64,000 nucleotides of DNA, taken from positions 281 through 64,280 of the forward strand of contig CAJJBL010000022.1 in the NCBI GenBank assembly GCA_905182395.1. The letters run 5' to 3'. Shown here piece after piece: positions 1 to 10,765 of this stretch. The notes beneath the pieces are model-generated. The model searched no databases and was not told where the DNA came from. It saw only the letters and a list, made by a program, of their open reading frames with translations. Source of the DNA: an alpha proteobacterium SCGC AAA536-G10 (lineage in GTDB: Bacteria; Pseudomonadota; Alphaproteobacteria; Puniceispirillales; Marisalimonadaceae). The position numbers and the translations under genes were made by a program. Position 1 is the first letter of the stretch. Each line of letters opens with the position of its first letter.

Positions 1-1300
1 CCTCTGTAAATACTTAGCGTAGCAATTTCTGGAGGAGCAACACCTTTTAAGTAGAACAAGGCAAACCCAAATGGGGGAGTAAGAAATGATGTTTGCAAAT
101 TTATAGCCATTAATACTAAAAACCATATCATTGTTTCTTTTCTTCCATCAAGGCCTGTCAATTGTGTTACATGATCTCCAAAATCAAGAAGAAGAACCAA
201 TGGAGCAAAAATTGGAAGAATAATTAATGTTATCTCCACCCAATCAAGAAAGAAACCCAGAATAAATGTCATACCCATTAATAAGAATAACAATCCCCAT
301 GAACCCAATCCTGCTTTTTCAATTAACTCTTCAACTATATAGTCTCCACCCAGTGATCTAAATACATAAGCAAAACAAGTAGCACTTATAATAATCAAAA
401 ATACCATTGAAATAGTCAGACCTGAAGAGTGCATAACACTCCTAAGCATTGGAAAAGTAAATTTACCTCCTATAACTGCAAGCATAGTTGCACCAAAAGC
501 ACCAACTGCTCCAGCTTCACTAGGAGTTGCCCACCCAAGAAGAATAGATCCTTTGATTAAAGCTATTAGCGCTACTGGAGGCATGAATGCCTTAAGAACC
601 ATTATTGGTAATTTTCCTTTTTCATATTGCATGTCTTCTTCTTTAATAGAAGGAGCAACTTTTGGATCTACTGAGGCCCAAATAAAAATGAATATTAGAT
701 ACATCAAGGCAAGTGTCAAACCTGGGATTAAGGCACCCATAAATAGATTGCCAACTGAAACCTGCATAATATCAGCCATAATAATTAACATAATACTAGG
801 TGGTATTAGTATTCCTAATGTACCAGAAGCTGCTATAACACCAGTTGCCAAAGCATGACTGTATTTTGCTTTTATCATTGGAGGTAAAGCCAAAGCTGTC
901 ATCATAGTAACAGAGGCTCCAATAATACCAGTCATAGCAGCCAAAACTGTTCCCATAACCGTAACTGACATAGCTAAACCACCAGGAACTTTCCGAAGTA
1001 GTATCTGCGTAGTTCTAAGCAAATCATTAGCAATACCACTTCTTTCCATCATGGTTCCCATAAACACAAAGCTTGGTATGGCCACTAAAATGAGATTTTC
1101 TGCTGAAAATCCCCAAATTCTAGGTACAAAGTTAAAAAATTCTGCAAATCTAAAAACTCCAAACATATAACCTATAAAACCATAGGTTATAGCAACACCA
1201 CCAAGTATAAAACCAACAGGATACCCTATGAAAAGTAAGACACCCATCGTCACAAACATAAAAATAGGTAAATATTCAATTATTATTTCAACAAAATGCA
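1..1300 (-). CDS. dctM: TRAP transporter large permease subunit DctM (C-terminal end cut by window edge)
   Basis: Not in ORF track (no stop inside window). Own minus-strand translation from ATG at 1300-1298 gives MHFVEIIIEYLPIFMFVTMGVLLFIGYPVGFILGG...AIPSFVFMGTMMERSGIANDL...GILIPPSIMLIIMA..., apparently open to position 1. Typical polytopic DctM; lies downstream of dctP/dctQ. Confidence 0.85.
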
Positions 1301-1783
1301 TTACTGCCCCCACGCTTTATTTTTATTATTGTTAATTTCGTTATTTTCATTATATTTTTGCCATCCGACAATTTTTATTACTCTCCAACCATATTTGACT
1401 GACAACATAAAAAGGCAAACAAAAATAGTTAGAGGTAAAATAGATGCTTTAGCTATAAGAGCTTCATAAAAACTAATACCAATTATAATAGATGGACCAA
1501 ATGAGATTAAATAAGAAGAAATTAAGTCATTCTTTCTTACTACTCCAAAAATTGATCCTATAACTCCTAGGGAGGCAACTAACCATAATAAGTAAATTAT
1601 ATTATTAGTATCAAAAAAAGTTAATGTAGCTGCGAGAGCTATAATTCCAAATAGACTTCCAACAAAAATACCATAAGCAACTAACTCATATTGAGATTGA
1701 GCTAAAGTCAAGTCTTTAGCTTTAGTCAAATATGGTGTTTTTTGTTTATCAAACACATATCCTGGAACTTTTGAAAACCACAT
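1301..1783 (-). CDS. small polytopic membrane protein encoded between dctQ and dctM (unknown function)
   Basis: 160-aa ORF with about 4 hydrophobic segments. Its stop codon (1303-1301) directly abuts the dctM ATG (1300-1298), implying co-translation with the TRAP operon. Confidence 0.5.
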   Translation of the reverse strand: MWFSKVPGYVFDKQKTPYLTKAKDLTLAQSQYELVAYGIFVGSLFGIIALAATLTFFDTNNIIYLLWLVASLGVIGSIFGVVRKNDLISSYLISFGPSIIIGISFYEALIAKASILPLTIFVCLFMLSVKYGWRVIKIVGWQKYNENNEINNNKNKAWGQ

Positions 1784-1814
1784 AATTTATCTCGCAAAAG
1801 CGGGCTGAGTTAAT

Positions 1815-2456
1815 TTATTTTTTTTCATCGTAATCAAGTATCATAAGATCTAATTTCTTTTTATTATCACCCCAAATAACAGCTATTAATTGTATCATTA
1901 CTGACACCCCTCCTAAGAATAGGAAGAAACAACCAACTGGTAGGAATGTTTTAATAATCCATCTATTACTTAACCCAACTAATGAGGCCGAAACTTCATT
2001 AATTTGATAAGAGTCAATTGTGTAGATTACAGCAAAATACATACAAACAAGAGTAAAGGGCAACATAAAGAATATATTACCAAAAAATTCAACCATAGCT
2101 TTTGTTTTAAATTTCATATTTTCTCGAATAAAATCAACTCTAACATGTCTGTTATGAGTGTAACCCATCCCAAGAACTAAGCAGAAAACTGCTGTGTGAA
2201 GATGCCATTCCATCTCCTGCATTAATGTAGACTCAAAGAAAGAACCAAAATTGGCAACCATATATACTTGTATCCAAATTAATTTTCTAGCTACTACATC
2301 CCACATTGTTATTAAAACCAGAGGAACTAAAAGCCATGTACCTGCTCGTCCAACTCTATTTACAAGCTCTCGTAGCTTTTCACTAATTGAAATAAGACCT
2401 TCCATATTTTTTTCTGTAAGAGCCGCCATAATTTTTCCCCAGTCATGATTTAACAA
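1815..2456 (-). CDS. dctQ: TRAP transporter small permease subunit DctQ
   Basis: 213-aa 4-TM protein between the DctP-type binding protein and DctM. Start may be the internal Met at 2429. Confidence 0.75.
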   Translation of the reverse strand: MLNHDWGKIMAALTEKNMEGLISISEKLRELVNRVGRAGTWLLVPLVLITMWDVVARKLIWIQVYMVANFGSFFESTLMQEMEWHLHTAVFCLVLGMGYTHNRHVRVDFIRENMKFKTKAMVEFFGNIFFMLPFTLVCMYFAVIYTIDSYQINEVSASLVGLSNRWIIKTFLPVGCFFLFLGGVSVMIQLIAVIWGDNKKKLDLMILDYDEKK

Positions 2457-2522
2457 GTATAGTTTTAAATAAACGTTTAACTTATTAAATATAATAATTC
2501 AATTATTTTTTAGAAAAATAGA

Positions 2523-2558
2523 AAACATCACACCTATATTTAAATAGGTGTGATGTTT
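2523..2558 (-). terminator. intra-operon stem-loop (attenuator/terminator) between dctP and dctQ
   Basis: Perfect 15-bp inverted repeat AAACATCACACCTAT / ATAGGTGTGATGTTT with a 6-nt loop, 8 nt after the dctP stop. On the minus strand it is followed by a T-rich run (TTTTCTATTTTT). Confidence 0.5.
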
Positions 2559-2565
2559 ATATTAT

Positions 2566-3630
2566 TTAGTATTTCACGCCTTGCTTTAAATAAGCTTTGC
2601 TAGACCAAATTTGGTAATCGTCTCTAAAAGCATTATAGCTAGCAGTAATTTCTTTAAACAAAGGATCTGAAGCAGATTTTTCTTCTACAACTTCATCCCA
2701 AGCTTTTTTAAACTTAGAAATTTCTGAATCAGGCCAGGTAACAAATGTTACGCCCTTACTTTCAAGTTCACGCATAGCTGGAACTTGTTTAGCATCAGAT
2801 CTAACAAGAGCCCACCAAGCAGTGGATTCACATGCTGTAGAAATAACACTTTTTTGTGTTTTTGTTAAACCATTCCAAGCTTTCTTATTTAACAATAACT
2901 CTCCAATTGATGTCTGCTGATGCCATCCAGGGAAATAGTTAAATTTAGCTAATTGGTAGAAACCATAACTTAAGTCATGAGTAGGCATTGAAAATTCAGT
3001 TGCATCAATAACACCTTTTTCAAGAGCTGGATAAATATCTCCACCAGCTAAAAGCTGTGTTGAAACACCAAGCTTACTCATTACCATTGCACCAAGTCCA
3101 AAGAAACGCATCTTCATTCCTTTTAACTCTTCAACATTGTTGATTTTCTTACGAAACCAACCTGAAGTTTCAGGAGCATGCACTAAACAGTTAAGAGGTT
3201 TAAGGCCATATTCACCATAAATTCTATCTTTTAACTGATTTCCGCCGCCATATTCCATCCAACCAACATACTCACTTGCACCTGGACCAAAAGGAACAGC
3301 TGTAAAATATGAAACTGCAGGAATTTTTCCAGCATGATAACCAGGTGTTGTATAACCTGCATCTACTGCACCATTCTTAACAGCATCCCAAACTTCTAAT
3401 GAAGGTACAAGAGCGTTTGGCTCATGGAACCTTAATTGCACATCACCACCTGAGATTTCTTTTACTTTATTTGAAAAGTAAACAGCTGCTTCACCATTAA
3501 TGGCAACTTGGCTTCCCCAAGTACTTTGCATCTTCCAACGTAATTTCTCAGCTGCGTTTACTGATACCGCCATAAGACTAGTTGTAGCAATAGCTACAGC
3601 GCCTATAAATAGGCTAGATTTGAATTTCAT
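2566..3630 (-). CDS. dctP: TRAP transporter periplasmic solute-binding protein, DctP family
   Basis: 354 aa with signal peptide (MKFKSSLFIGAVAIATTSLMAVSVNA). Length and sequence are typical of DctP-type SBPs; operon context with dctQ and dctM. Confidence 0.85.
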   Translation of the reverse strand: MKFKSSLFIGAVAIATTSLMAVSVNAAEKLRWKMQSTWGSQVAINGEAAVYFSNKVKEISGGDVQLRFHEPNALVPSLEVWDAVKNGAVDAGYTTPGYHAGKIPAVSYFTAVPFGPGASEYVGWMEYGGGNQLKDRIYGEYGLKPLNCLVHAPETSGWFRKKINNVEELKGMKMRFFGLGAMVMSKLGVSTQLLAGGDIYPALEKGVIDATEFSMPTHDLSYGFYQLAKFNYFPGWHQQTSIGELLLNKKAWNGLTKTQKSVISTACESTAWWALVRSDAKQVPAMRELESKGVTFVTWPDSEISKFKKAWDEVVEEKSASDPLFKEITASYNAFRDDYQIWSSKAYLKQGVKY

Positions 3631-3890
3631 AGAATTCCTCCCTAGTATTGTAATTAAAGATTATATCTAAGTTCATTAATTATTCCCCAAAATATTAATC
3701 CGACTAAAAGAAACAAAACGTTTCTCAATTAGCTCACATCTTCTCAATTATTTCAATAAAGGCAAGCAAAATTAGCAAATATATCAATTTTTTTTAATAT
3801 TATAATGATATCTGAAGCCATGCTTAATATTTTTTATACTTTGGAAATACTATTTTTTAATTTCTTTTAAATATATAACTTTAGTACAGG

Positions 3891-4703
3891 CTAAAGGTCG
3901 TCATAATGACCAGCAGAAGCAAAGTAACCTCCATGAGTAGTAACAAGAGGATCTTTAGGGTCAACAAAACCTTTTTGTTCAACAACCTTACTTCTAAAAT
4001 GTTCAGCATTATCCTCAGGTTTAAAACCTATATGATTCGCATATTTATTATCAATTAAAATTGAGTCGTTATTAGAAACTCCAAAAATAATAGAATGCTC
4101 AACATTTGAAGAATTCATACAAGCCTTAATTAAGCTTCTTAAATCATTATAGCTTAGCCAAGTAGACAGCACTCTTTCATCTTTTGGCTCAGCTAAAGAT
4201 GAATAAATTCTTATTGAAACGGTTTCAATTTTATATTTGTCCCAGTAATATTGAGCTAACGTTTCTCCAAAAACCTTTGACACACCGTAATTGCTATCTG
4301 GCCTTGGCATCATCTTATTATCAACAACATGTGATCTAGGATAGAAACCAACTGTATGAACAGAACTTGCCCATATAATTCGTTTAACATTATTTTTTCG
4401 ACATCCTTCGTATAAATTATACATACCTATTATATTCGAGTTCAAAACATTATTCCATGAACCTTCAATACTTTGGCCTCCCATATGAACAACACAGTCA
4501 ATATTTTTTGTTAATTCCAGCATTTCACTTTCATTAGATAATTCAGCTTGAATAACCGTCTCATTTTCAAATTTTTTATTTAAAGCTGCTTTATCTGATA
4601 TTCTAAGCACCTTACATGACATTGAAAGAAATTCTCTTAACTCCTCTCCTAAAGCACCCGCAGCCCCAGTTAATAATATGTTATTATATTTAAAATTAGA
4701 CAT
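3891..4703 (-). CDS. NAD-dependent SDR, uronate dehydrogenase (Udh)-like
   Basis: 270 aa. LLTGAAGALG Rossmann motif, VHMGG, NIIGMYNLYE, ASSVHTVGFYP, YGVSKVFGE, LSTWLSYNDL and GFKPEDNAE closely track my recollection of Agrobacterium/Pseudomonas Udh. Confidence 0.6.
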   Translation of the reverse strand: MSNFKYNNILLTGAAGALGEELREFLSMSCKVLRISDKAALNKKFENETVIQAELSNESEMLELTKNIDCVVHMGGQSIEGSWNNVLNSNIIGMYNLYEGCRKNNVKRIIWASSVHTVGFYPRSHVVDNKMMPRPDSNYGVSKVFGETLAQYYWDKYKIETVSIRIYSSLAEPKDERVLSTWLSYNDLRSLIKACMNSSNVEHSIIFGVSNNDSILIDNKYANHIGFKPEDNAEHFRSKVVEQKGFVDPKDPLVTTHGGYFASAGHYDDL

Positions 4704-4713
4704 CTTTATCTCC

Positions 4714-5595
4714 TCAATTTATTTGCTTCTTTACGTGCTCTCTCCAAAATGTAAATAACCCAGCTGAAATTACTATTGCTGAACCTATAACAACTTCCTG
4801 CTCTAACTTTTCATCAAATATCAAAACTCCAATAATAGAAACAAAAACCAACTGAAGATAAGTAAAAGGTTGAAGTAAGGAAGCTTCACTGACTTTAAAT
4901 GCCTTAGTCATCAAATAATGTCCTGCAGTTCCCAAGCAACAAACAATTAATATCCAAATCCAGTCATAATTATTTATAGTTGTATAAAAAAATGGACCTA
5001 TAAAAGTCAGTAAAATAAAACCAGTAAGACCTGTGTAAAACATAGTTGTATCAGCACTATCTTCTCTGGATACATATCTTGTTAAAATTTGATAAACAGC
5101 AAAGGCAAATGCGCAACCAAGAGCAATTAGTGATAAGGGATCAAATACTTTGGTCCCTGGCCTCAATATAATTAAAATTCCTATAAATCCTATTAAAATT
5201 GCAGTCCATCTTTTCCAACCAACTTTTTCATTCAAAAAAACTACAGACAATGCAGCTACGATAAGTGGGCAACTAGCAAAAATAGCATGCGTCTCTATCA
5301 AACCTATTTTTAAAAAAAGATAATGCGCAAAACACATTTCAACAGCTAAAATCGATCCTCGAATAAGCTGAATATATTTGTATTTACTTCTGGAAACCAA
5401 AATAACACTTTTATTTTTTTGACTATTTATCAAAATTACAAATGAAAATAAAAACAAATACCTAAACATATTTATTGTTATTACATTATAATAATCAGTT
5501 AAATATCTAGTAAAACCATCCATTAATGAAAGAAAAAAAATGGCAGATACCATAAATAAAACACCAGTGGCGTTTGATGATTTTGGAAAACTCAT
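4714..5595 (-). CDS. EamA/DMT-family transporter
   Basis: 293 aa, about 10 TM helices, two EamA-like halves. Confidence 0.75.
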   Translation of the reverse strand: MSFPKSSNATGVLFMVSAIFFLSLMDGFTRYLTDYYNVITINMFRYLFLFSFVILINSQKNKSVILVSRSKYKYIQLIRGSILAVEMCFAHYLFLKIGLIETHAIFASCPLIVAALSVVFLNEKVGWKRWTAILIGFIGILIILRPGTKVFDPLSLIALGCAFAFAVYQILTRYVSREDSADTTMFYTGLTGFILLTFIGPFFYTTINNYDWIWILIVCCLGTAGHYLMTKAFKVSEASLLQPFTYLQLVFVSIIGVLIFDEKLEQEVVIGSAIVISAGLFTFWREHVKKQIN

Positions 5596-5619
5596 ACTAC
5601 CCTTTTAAATTAAAAAAAA

Positions 5620-6501
5620 TTAATAAAAATCCATTGTTTCATTTATACCTTTTTCTAAACTTGTATATTGAAATTCTTTAAAAAGCTCTTTTGGGCTTCC
5701 TCCTAATATCTCATCTACAACTGGTAATGCATCCCCTTTAATTGATATATTTGCATGAGGAATTTGGTTTTTGATTATATTAGTAAAGTTTTTTACACTT
5801 GTCGTAATTCCATTGATATTTATTGTATTCGCTCCCAAAGGACTTTTGTCTAAAGATAGTTTTACTAAACTTGCAACATCCTCCACATAGACAAAACCAG
5901 CGCTTCCTGAAAAGTTAACACTAAATGAAGTCCCTTCCTTAGCTGCCTTACAAGCTAAAGTTACACCGGCAGTACCTCCAACTTCTCTTCCTGGTCCATA
6001 TATAACAAATGGACGTATACCAATGCTTGAAATTTTATTTTCCAGAAAATAAGCTCTGGCTATACCTTCAACTGCTAATTTATAAGATCCATAATGAGTT
6101 TCAGGAAAAGGCAAATATTTATCCTTTTGTCCAAAAACACCAGCACTGCTGGCATAAACAACAAATGATATGCCATGATCCTTTACTGCCTCAAAAACAT
6201 TTATTGCACCAAGAATATTTACTTGCGCTCCTAAAATAGGGTTTTTACTACAATCTGGTGTCATTAAGCCTGCAAGGTTTATGACGTAATCCATTTTATT
6301 AATAGAGGAGAGAACTTGCTCATAATTAGTGACGTCACCAGTAATAAATTTTACTTGTGAAAATTTATCTCCTATTAGTTTTTTAAGAAGATAATTATCA
6401 ATTTTTAAATCAAATACAGTAACATTATAATCACTTTCAATCAGTTTTTTTACTATCCAACTACCAAGAAAGCCTGCTCCCCCAAAAACAATAACATTCA
6501 T
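5620..6501 (-). CDS. NAD-dependent epimerase/dehydratase family protein
   Basis: 293 aa; N-terminal VFGGAGFLGSWIV Rossmann motif; YGSYK catalytic-type YxxxK. Confidence 0.7.
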   Translation of the reverse strand: MNVIVFGGAGFLGSWIVKKLIESDYNVTVFDLKIDNYLLKKLIGDKFSQVKFITGDVTNYEQVLSSINKMDYVINLAGLMTPDCSKNPILGAQVNILGAINVFEAVKDHGISFVVYASSAGVFGQKDKYLPFPETHYGSYKLAVEGIARAYFLENKISSIGIRPFVIYGPGREVGGTAGVTLACKAAKEGTSFSVNFSGSAGFVYVEDVASLVKLSLDKSPLGANTININGITTSVKNFTNIIKNQIPHANISIKGDALPVVDEILGGSPKELFKEFQYTSLEKGINETMDFY

Positions 6502-6504
6502 TGA

Positions 6505-7476
6505 TTATTTTCTCCCTAAAACCATAGATTTTGCTGCCTTCCCAATTTCTTTAATACAATCCATTGATTTAGGAAAATGTTTTGAATTTGATAAAAAGCC
6601 GTGAATTTGTCCTGGATATAATTTATATGAAACTTTGTTTCCAAAAAACTCTAATCTTTTTTTATAGGCTATTCCCTCATCTAATAATGGGTCTAATCCA
6701 GCTGCAAAAATATATGTTTCAGGCATGTTTTCTAAATTAGGAGCAAATAAAGGCGAAGCTTCCCAATTCAAAGCTTGAACTTTATTTTCTAAATAGTGAT
6801 TGATAAAATACTCCATAGTTTTGTATGTTAGTGTCATTCCATCTAAAGCAATATCCATTGATCTCATTGATAAGGTTAAATCAACGCACGGGTATATTAG
6901 AATCTGCCCTTTAATTGGCATTGCTTTATTCTGCGCAGAGTTGATCGCGAGGACTGTAGCTAAATTACCCCCTGCACTATCACCACATACAAATATATTT
7001 TTAAGGTCTAAATTTAACTCTTTACTATATACTGAAAGCGATTGAAGCACGTCTTTTGCTTCACTTAAAGCAATAGGAAATTTATTTTCTGGCGAAAGGC
7101 TATAATCAACTGCAACCACAACCATTTCTGATTCTATACATATTGAACGACAAGTATAATCGTGAGTGTCTAAGTTTCCCATGACGAACCCGCCCCCATG
7201 AAAAAAAATAATTACAGGAGTTTTAGTGTTAGTTTTATATTTCTGAGGAAAATAAAATCTTAAATGTATATTTTTATTGTCTTTACTCAATATTTCTAAA
7301 TTTTTTGTTTGGAATATCTCTGGTGATATCAAGTTATCTATTTTTAGCTGATTTATTCTTTCTTTTCTCAATTTATCCGGAGACAAAGTATGATGGAGCT
7401 TAGCGTTAGAGTTAAACCTGTTTTGTATAAATAGTTTTGTTTCAGCATCTATGTTCATAAATTTATCTTTTCTCAA
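6505..7476 (-). CDS. alpha/beta hydrolase fold-3 (hormone-sensitive-lipase family) esterase
   Basis: HGGGF oxyanion motif (FFHGGGFVMG), GDSAGG nucleophile elbow, C-terminal HGF. Confidence 0.75.
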   Translation of the reverse strand: MRKDKFMNIDAETKLFIQNRFNSNAKLHHTLSPDKLRKERINQLKIDNLISPEIFQTKNLEILSKDNKNIHLRFYFPQKYKTNTKTPVIIFFHGGGFVMGNLDTHDYTCRSICIESEMVVVAVDYSLSPENKFPIALSEAKDVLQSLSVYSKELNLDLKNIFVCGDSAGGNLATVLAINSAQNKAMPIKGQILIYPCVDLTLSMRSMDIALDGMTLTYKTMEYFINHYLENKVQALNWEASPLFAPNLENMPETYIFAAGLDPLLDEGIAYKKRLEFFGNKVSYKLYPGQIHGFLSNSKHFPKSMDCIKEIGKAAKSMVLGRK

Positions 7477-7566
7477 ACTAAAAAATATAGTTTACTGAGT
7501 ACATCTTTTTTTTCAAATATAATAATTTAAATTAAAGTAACAGAGCAATATAAATTGGGGGATAAA

Positions 7567-8448
7567 ATGAGTAAACTTAAAGGGGTTATCGCGCCTTTCA
7601 CCACGGCATTTAAACAAGATGGATCAATTGATCTTAATTTAGTAAAGCCACAAGTTGATTGGCTAATTAACAATGGAGTTCACGGCTTAGCCGCTGGTGG
7701 AAGTACTGGAGAAGGACATGTTCTAAATAGGGATGAATATGTTTCTTTAATGGAAAAAACATCAGAAGCTATTGATAATAGAGTTCCATTGGTTGCCGGA
7801 ATAATTGCAAACTCTACTGCTGAGGTAATAGCTCGTGGAAAATCAGTAAAGCCTCTTAATGTTGCCGCTCTTCAGATAACTCCTCCTAGCTACCTATTCA
7901 GGCCAGACGACGATGCTATGGTGAAACACTTTCAAGAGATTCATGAAGCATGTCAAATACCTATTCTAATATATAACGTGGTTCCGTGGTGTTATTTATC
8001 TCCTGATTTACTTTTAAGAATTATGGATGAAGTTCCAGGTGTATTAGGCGTCAAACAAAGCGCAGGAGATATGAAACTTTTTGCTGATTTAATAAGAAGA
8101 GCTAAACCAGAAAATATGATTTTTAGCGCTGTTGATGCACTTCTTTATTCTTCATATCAACTGGGTGCCCCAGGATCAATTGCAGCTATACTGACTGCCG
8201 CTCCAGGACCTTCAGTTAAACTCTGGGAAGCTGTAATTAAAGAAGATTGGTTAACTGCACGTGATCTTCATGAGCGTTTAATGCCCTTATGGGATGCTAT
8301 AGGTTTAGATAACATGCCCTCGCTTTGTAAATATGCGCAAAACCTACAAGGACTTGAAACAGGGTTTGCAAGAAGACCAACCTCCCCAGCAACGGACAAA
8401 CAAAAAGAGGTAGTTAAATCTGCATTAATTAACTTAAATTTAATTTAA
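7567..8448 (+). CDS. DapA/N-acetylneuraminate-lyase family class I aldolase/dehydratase (possible KdgD-type)
   Basis: GVIAPFTTAF...GVHGLAAGGSTGEGHVL...IYNVP-like motifs of the DHDPS family. ORF track starts at TTG 7555; ATG at 7567 preferred. Confidence 0.75.
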   Translation: MSKLKGVIAPFTTAFKQDGSIDLNLVKPQVDWLINNGVHGLAAGGSTGEGHVLNRDEYVSLMEKTSEAIDNRVPLVAGIIANSTAEVIARGKSVKPLNVAALQITPPSYLFRPDDDAMVKHFQEIHEACQIPILIYNVVPWCYLSPDLLLRIMDEVPGVLGVKQSAGDMKLFADLIRRAKPENMIFSAVDALLYSSYQLGAPGSIAAILTAAPGPSVKLWEAVIKEDWLTARDLHERLMPLWDAIGLDNMPSLCKYAQNLQGLETGFARRPTSPATDKQKEVVKSALINLNLI

Positions 8449-8504
8449 TTTAATTTAATTTAAAGAAAATAAAAAAATGGGATGAAAAAATAGGAAAAAA
8501 TAAA

Positions 8505-9464
8505 ATGAAAGAAATTTATCCTAAACCTACTAAATCTCTGGCAATAGCAAAAAGTGACTTGAAAAAATGGGGATACTGCCTTCTAGAAGATGCTATTCCA
8601 AATAAATTAAATAAATTAGCAATAGCTAGATTAGTAGAACAAGCCAAAGCAGAGAAACATTTAAATTTAGCTTATGAAGATGGAAGCAAATCTAAAAAAT
8701 GGGGTGATTTTGACATCAATGATTCAAACGCTGGAGTTAATCAAAGAGTATGGATGCTTCCCAATAAAGGAAAAGTTTTCTTAGATTTTTTACAAAATCA
8801 TAATTACATGAAATGTCTGGAAAACATAGTAGGTAATGAATTTATAGTTTCTAGCTTTAGTGCTAATATAGCAAAACCAGGAGGGGTTCCTATGGAACTT
8901 CACACCGATCAATGGTGGATGCCTGATCCAGTAAAAAGAGAAATAGATTTTCTTCCTGTTGGTTCTATGAGCAGAAAAGTTTTTGATTTTCAAATTAACG
9001 ATAAAATTTTAAGTAACGATGACTTAATTTCAAGACCTGTAGTTTCTAATGTATTAATAATGTTAAATGGAATGAGCAAAGAAAATGGCGGAACCTTAAT
9101 CGTTCCAGGATCACATTTATTTGGGCGACATCCTGACAAAGAATTAGATCAAGATATTAAAACTATATCAGCAGAAGGGCCTCCTGGATGCGCTATAATT
9201 ACAGATGGCAGGTTATGGCATGGAACTGGAGCAAATATAAGCAATCAAGATAGATTAGCTATTCTTATTACATTTTGTGGCCCTCAGTTCAGACCCCAAG
9301 AAAACTTTACAATAGGTATTAAAAAAGATGTATTTCCTTCCCTTACAGAATTTCAAAAAGAACTTCTCGGCTTTAAAGTATGGAATGGTTATGGAAGAAC
9401 AGGAAACCCTACAGAAAAATTTATTGATATTGAAGATGATTTAATTGGTGAACTAAAAATTTAA
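8505..9464 (+). CDS. phytanoyl-CoA dioxygenase (PhyH) family Fe(II)/2-oxoglutarate oxygenase
   Basis: HTDQ (HxD) motif, GGTLIVPGSH, RLWHGTGAN distal His region. Confidence 0.7.
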   Translation: MKEIYPKPTKSLAIAKSDLKKWGYCLLEDAIPNKLNKLAIARLVEQAKAEKHLNLAYEDGSKSKKWGDFDINDSNAGVNQRVWMLPNKGKVFLDFLQNHNYMKCLENIVGNEFIVSSFSANIAKPGGVPMELHTDQWWMPDPVKREIDFLPVGSMSRKVFDFQINDKILSNDDLISRPVVSNVLIMLNGMSKENGGTLIVPGSHLFGRHPDKELDQDIKTISAEGPPGCAIITDGRLWHGTGANISNQDRLAILITFCGPQFRPQENFTIGIKKDVFPSLTEFQKELLGFKVWNGYGRTGNPTEKFIDIEDDLIGELKI

Positions 9465-9529
9465 AACTATTGCTTATATCTAATTTAGCGATCATATATT
9501 TTATACTATAAATTTAACCGGCTCTTACA

Positions 9530-10750
9530 ATGAATTTTATTCTTCAAAATGCTAGGTGGCTAGCCGCAACGGCTTTGCTTTATTTTTGTTCATCCTTTGG
9601 ACAAACTTTTTTTATTTCTTTGTTTGCCGGCGAAATAAGAGAAGCATTTAATCTATCTCATGGTGACTGGGGATTTATTTATTCTGGAGGCACATTAGCT
9701 TCAGCTATAGCTATGCTTTGTTTTGGGGGCTATGTAGATAAATATAAAATCTCTTTAAATATTAAAATAGTTGTAATTTCACTAAGTTTAATTTGTTTAG
9801 CTATGACTTTTGTAAAGCAAGTTTGGATTTTACCTTTTATTATTTTTGGCCTTAGGTTTTTTGGACAAGGAATGCTTATACATATCCCTGCTGTAGCAAT
9901 TGGAAAATGGTACGGTAAGAATAAAGGAAAAGCATTATCTTTATCTATAATGGGATTTTCTATAGGAGAAGCTATATTACCAGTTATATTTGTATCTTTA
10001 TTTATATTAATTGGTTGGAGAAATAGTTGGTTAGTGGGCACAATAATATTATTTATAACACTTCCTATTATAATAAATCTTTTATCAAATGAACGAATAC
10101 CTAATAGTTCGCAGGAAAATATAATTGATCAGGTTGGAATGGGATCTAAGCATTGGAAAAGAAAAGAAGTTCTTAAACATTGGGTTTTCTGGTCTGTAAT
10201 TATTCCTTTTCTAATTCCACCTATTTTTTCAACTGCATTTTTTTTCAACATGGTTCATTTAACTGAAATTAAAAATTGGTCATTAATCACTTTCACTTCT
10301 TTATTTCCATTTTATACAGGGATGTCAATTTTAACGACTTTAATTTCAGGTTGGATACTTGATAAGTTTGGCGTTGAAAAAATATTACCTTTTTATCTTC
10401 TGCCTATGGCATTAGGATTGTTAGTTTTTTCATATAGTGACACTTATATGACAGCCGCTATTGGATTTTCTTTTCTAGGTATGACACAAGGGTTAGCTAT
10501 GATGATCGGTGGAACATTTTGGCCAGTTTATTATGGTACAAAAAATTTAGGGTCTGTAAGATCCCTGTCAACTTCTTGCATGGTATTTGGCACAGCAATA
10601 GGTCCTGCTGTAGTTGGAAAACTACTTGATTTTAGTATAAACTATAATTTAATCCTTTTAGGAATGAGCTTTTTAGCTATTATTGCCAGTGTTTCTTTAT
10701 GGTTTATTATGTTAAAAGCACCAGCGTTATTACCTAATAAGAAAAATTAG
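9530..10750 (+). CDS. MFS transporter
   Basis: 406 aa, about 12 TM helices in 6+6 organisation with a central hydrophilic loop. Confidence 0.7.
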   Translation: MNFILQNARWLAATALLYFCSSFGQTFFISLFAGEIREAFNLSHGDWGFIYSGGTLASAIAMLCFGGYVDKYKISLNIKIVVISLSLICLAMTFVKQVWILPFIIFGLRFFGQGMLIHIPAVAIGKWYGKNKGKALSLSIMGFSIGEAILPVIFVSLFILIGWRNSWLVGTIILFITLPIIINLLSNERIPNSSQENIIDQVGMGSKHWKRKEVLKHWVFWSVIIPFLIPPIFSTAFFFNMVHLTEIKNWSLITFTSLFPFYTGMSILTTLISGWILDKFGVEKILPFYLLPMALGLLVFSYSDTYMTAAIGFSFLGMTQGLAMMIGGTFWPVYYGTKNLGSVRSLSTSCMVFGTAIGPAVVGKLLDFSINYNLILLGMSFLAIIASVSLWFIMLKAPALLPNKKN

Positions 10751-10765
10751 AAAGGAGAATTTTAT

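Noticed and set aside
8437-8461. (AATTT)5 pentanucleotide tandem repeat spanning the stop codon of the DapA-family gene.
   Set aside because: It is a short simple-sequence repeat in very AT-rich DNA with no obvious function. It is noted only as a potential slippage site that would alter the last few codons.
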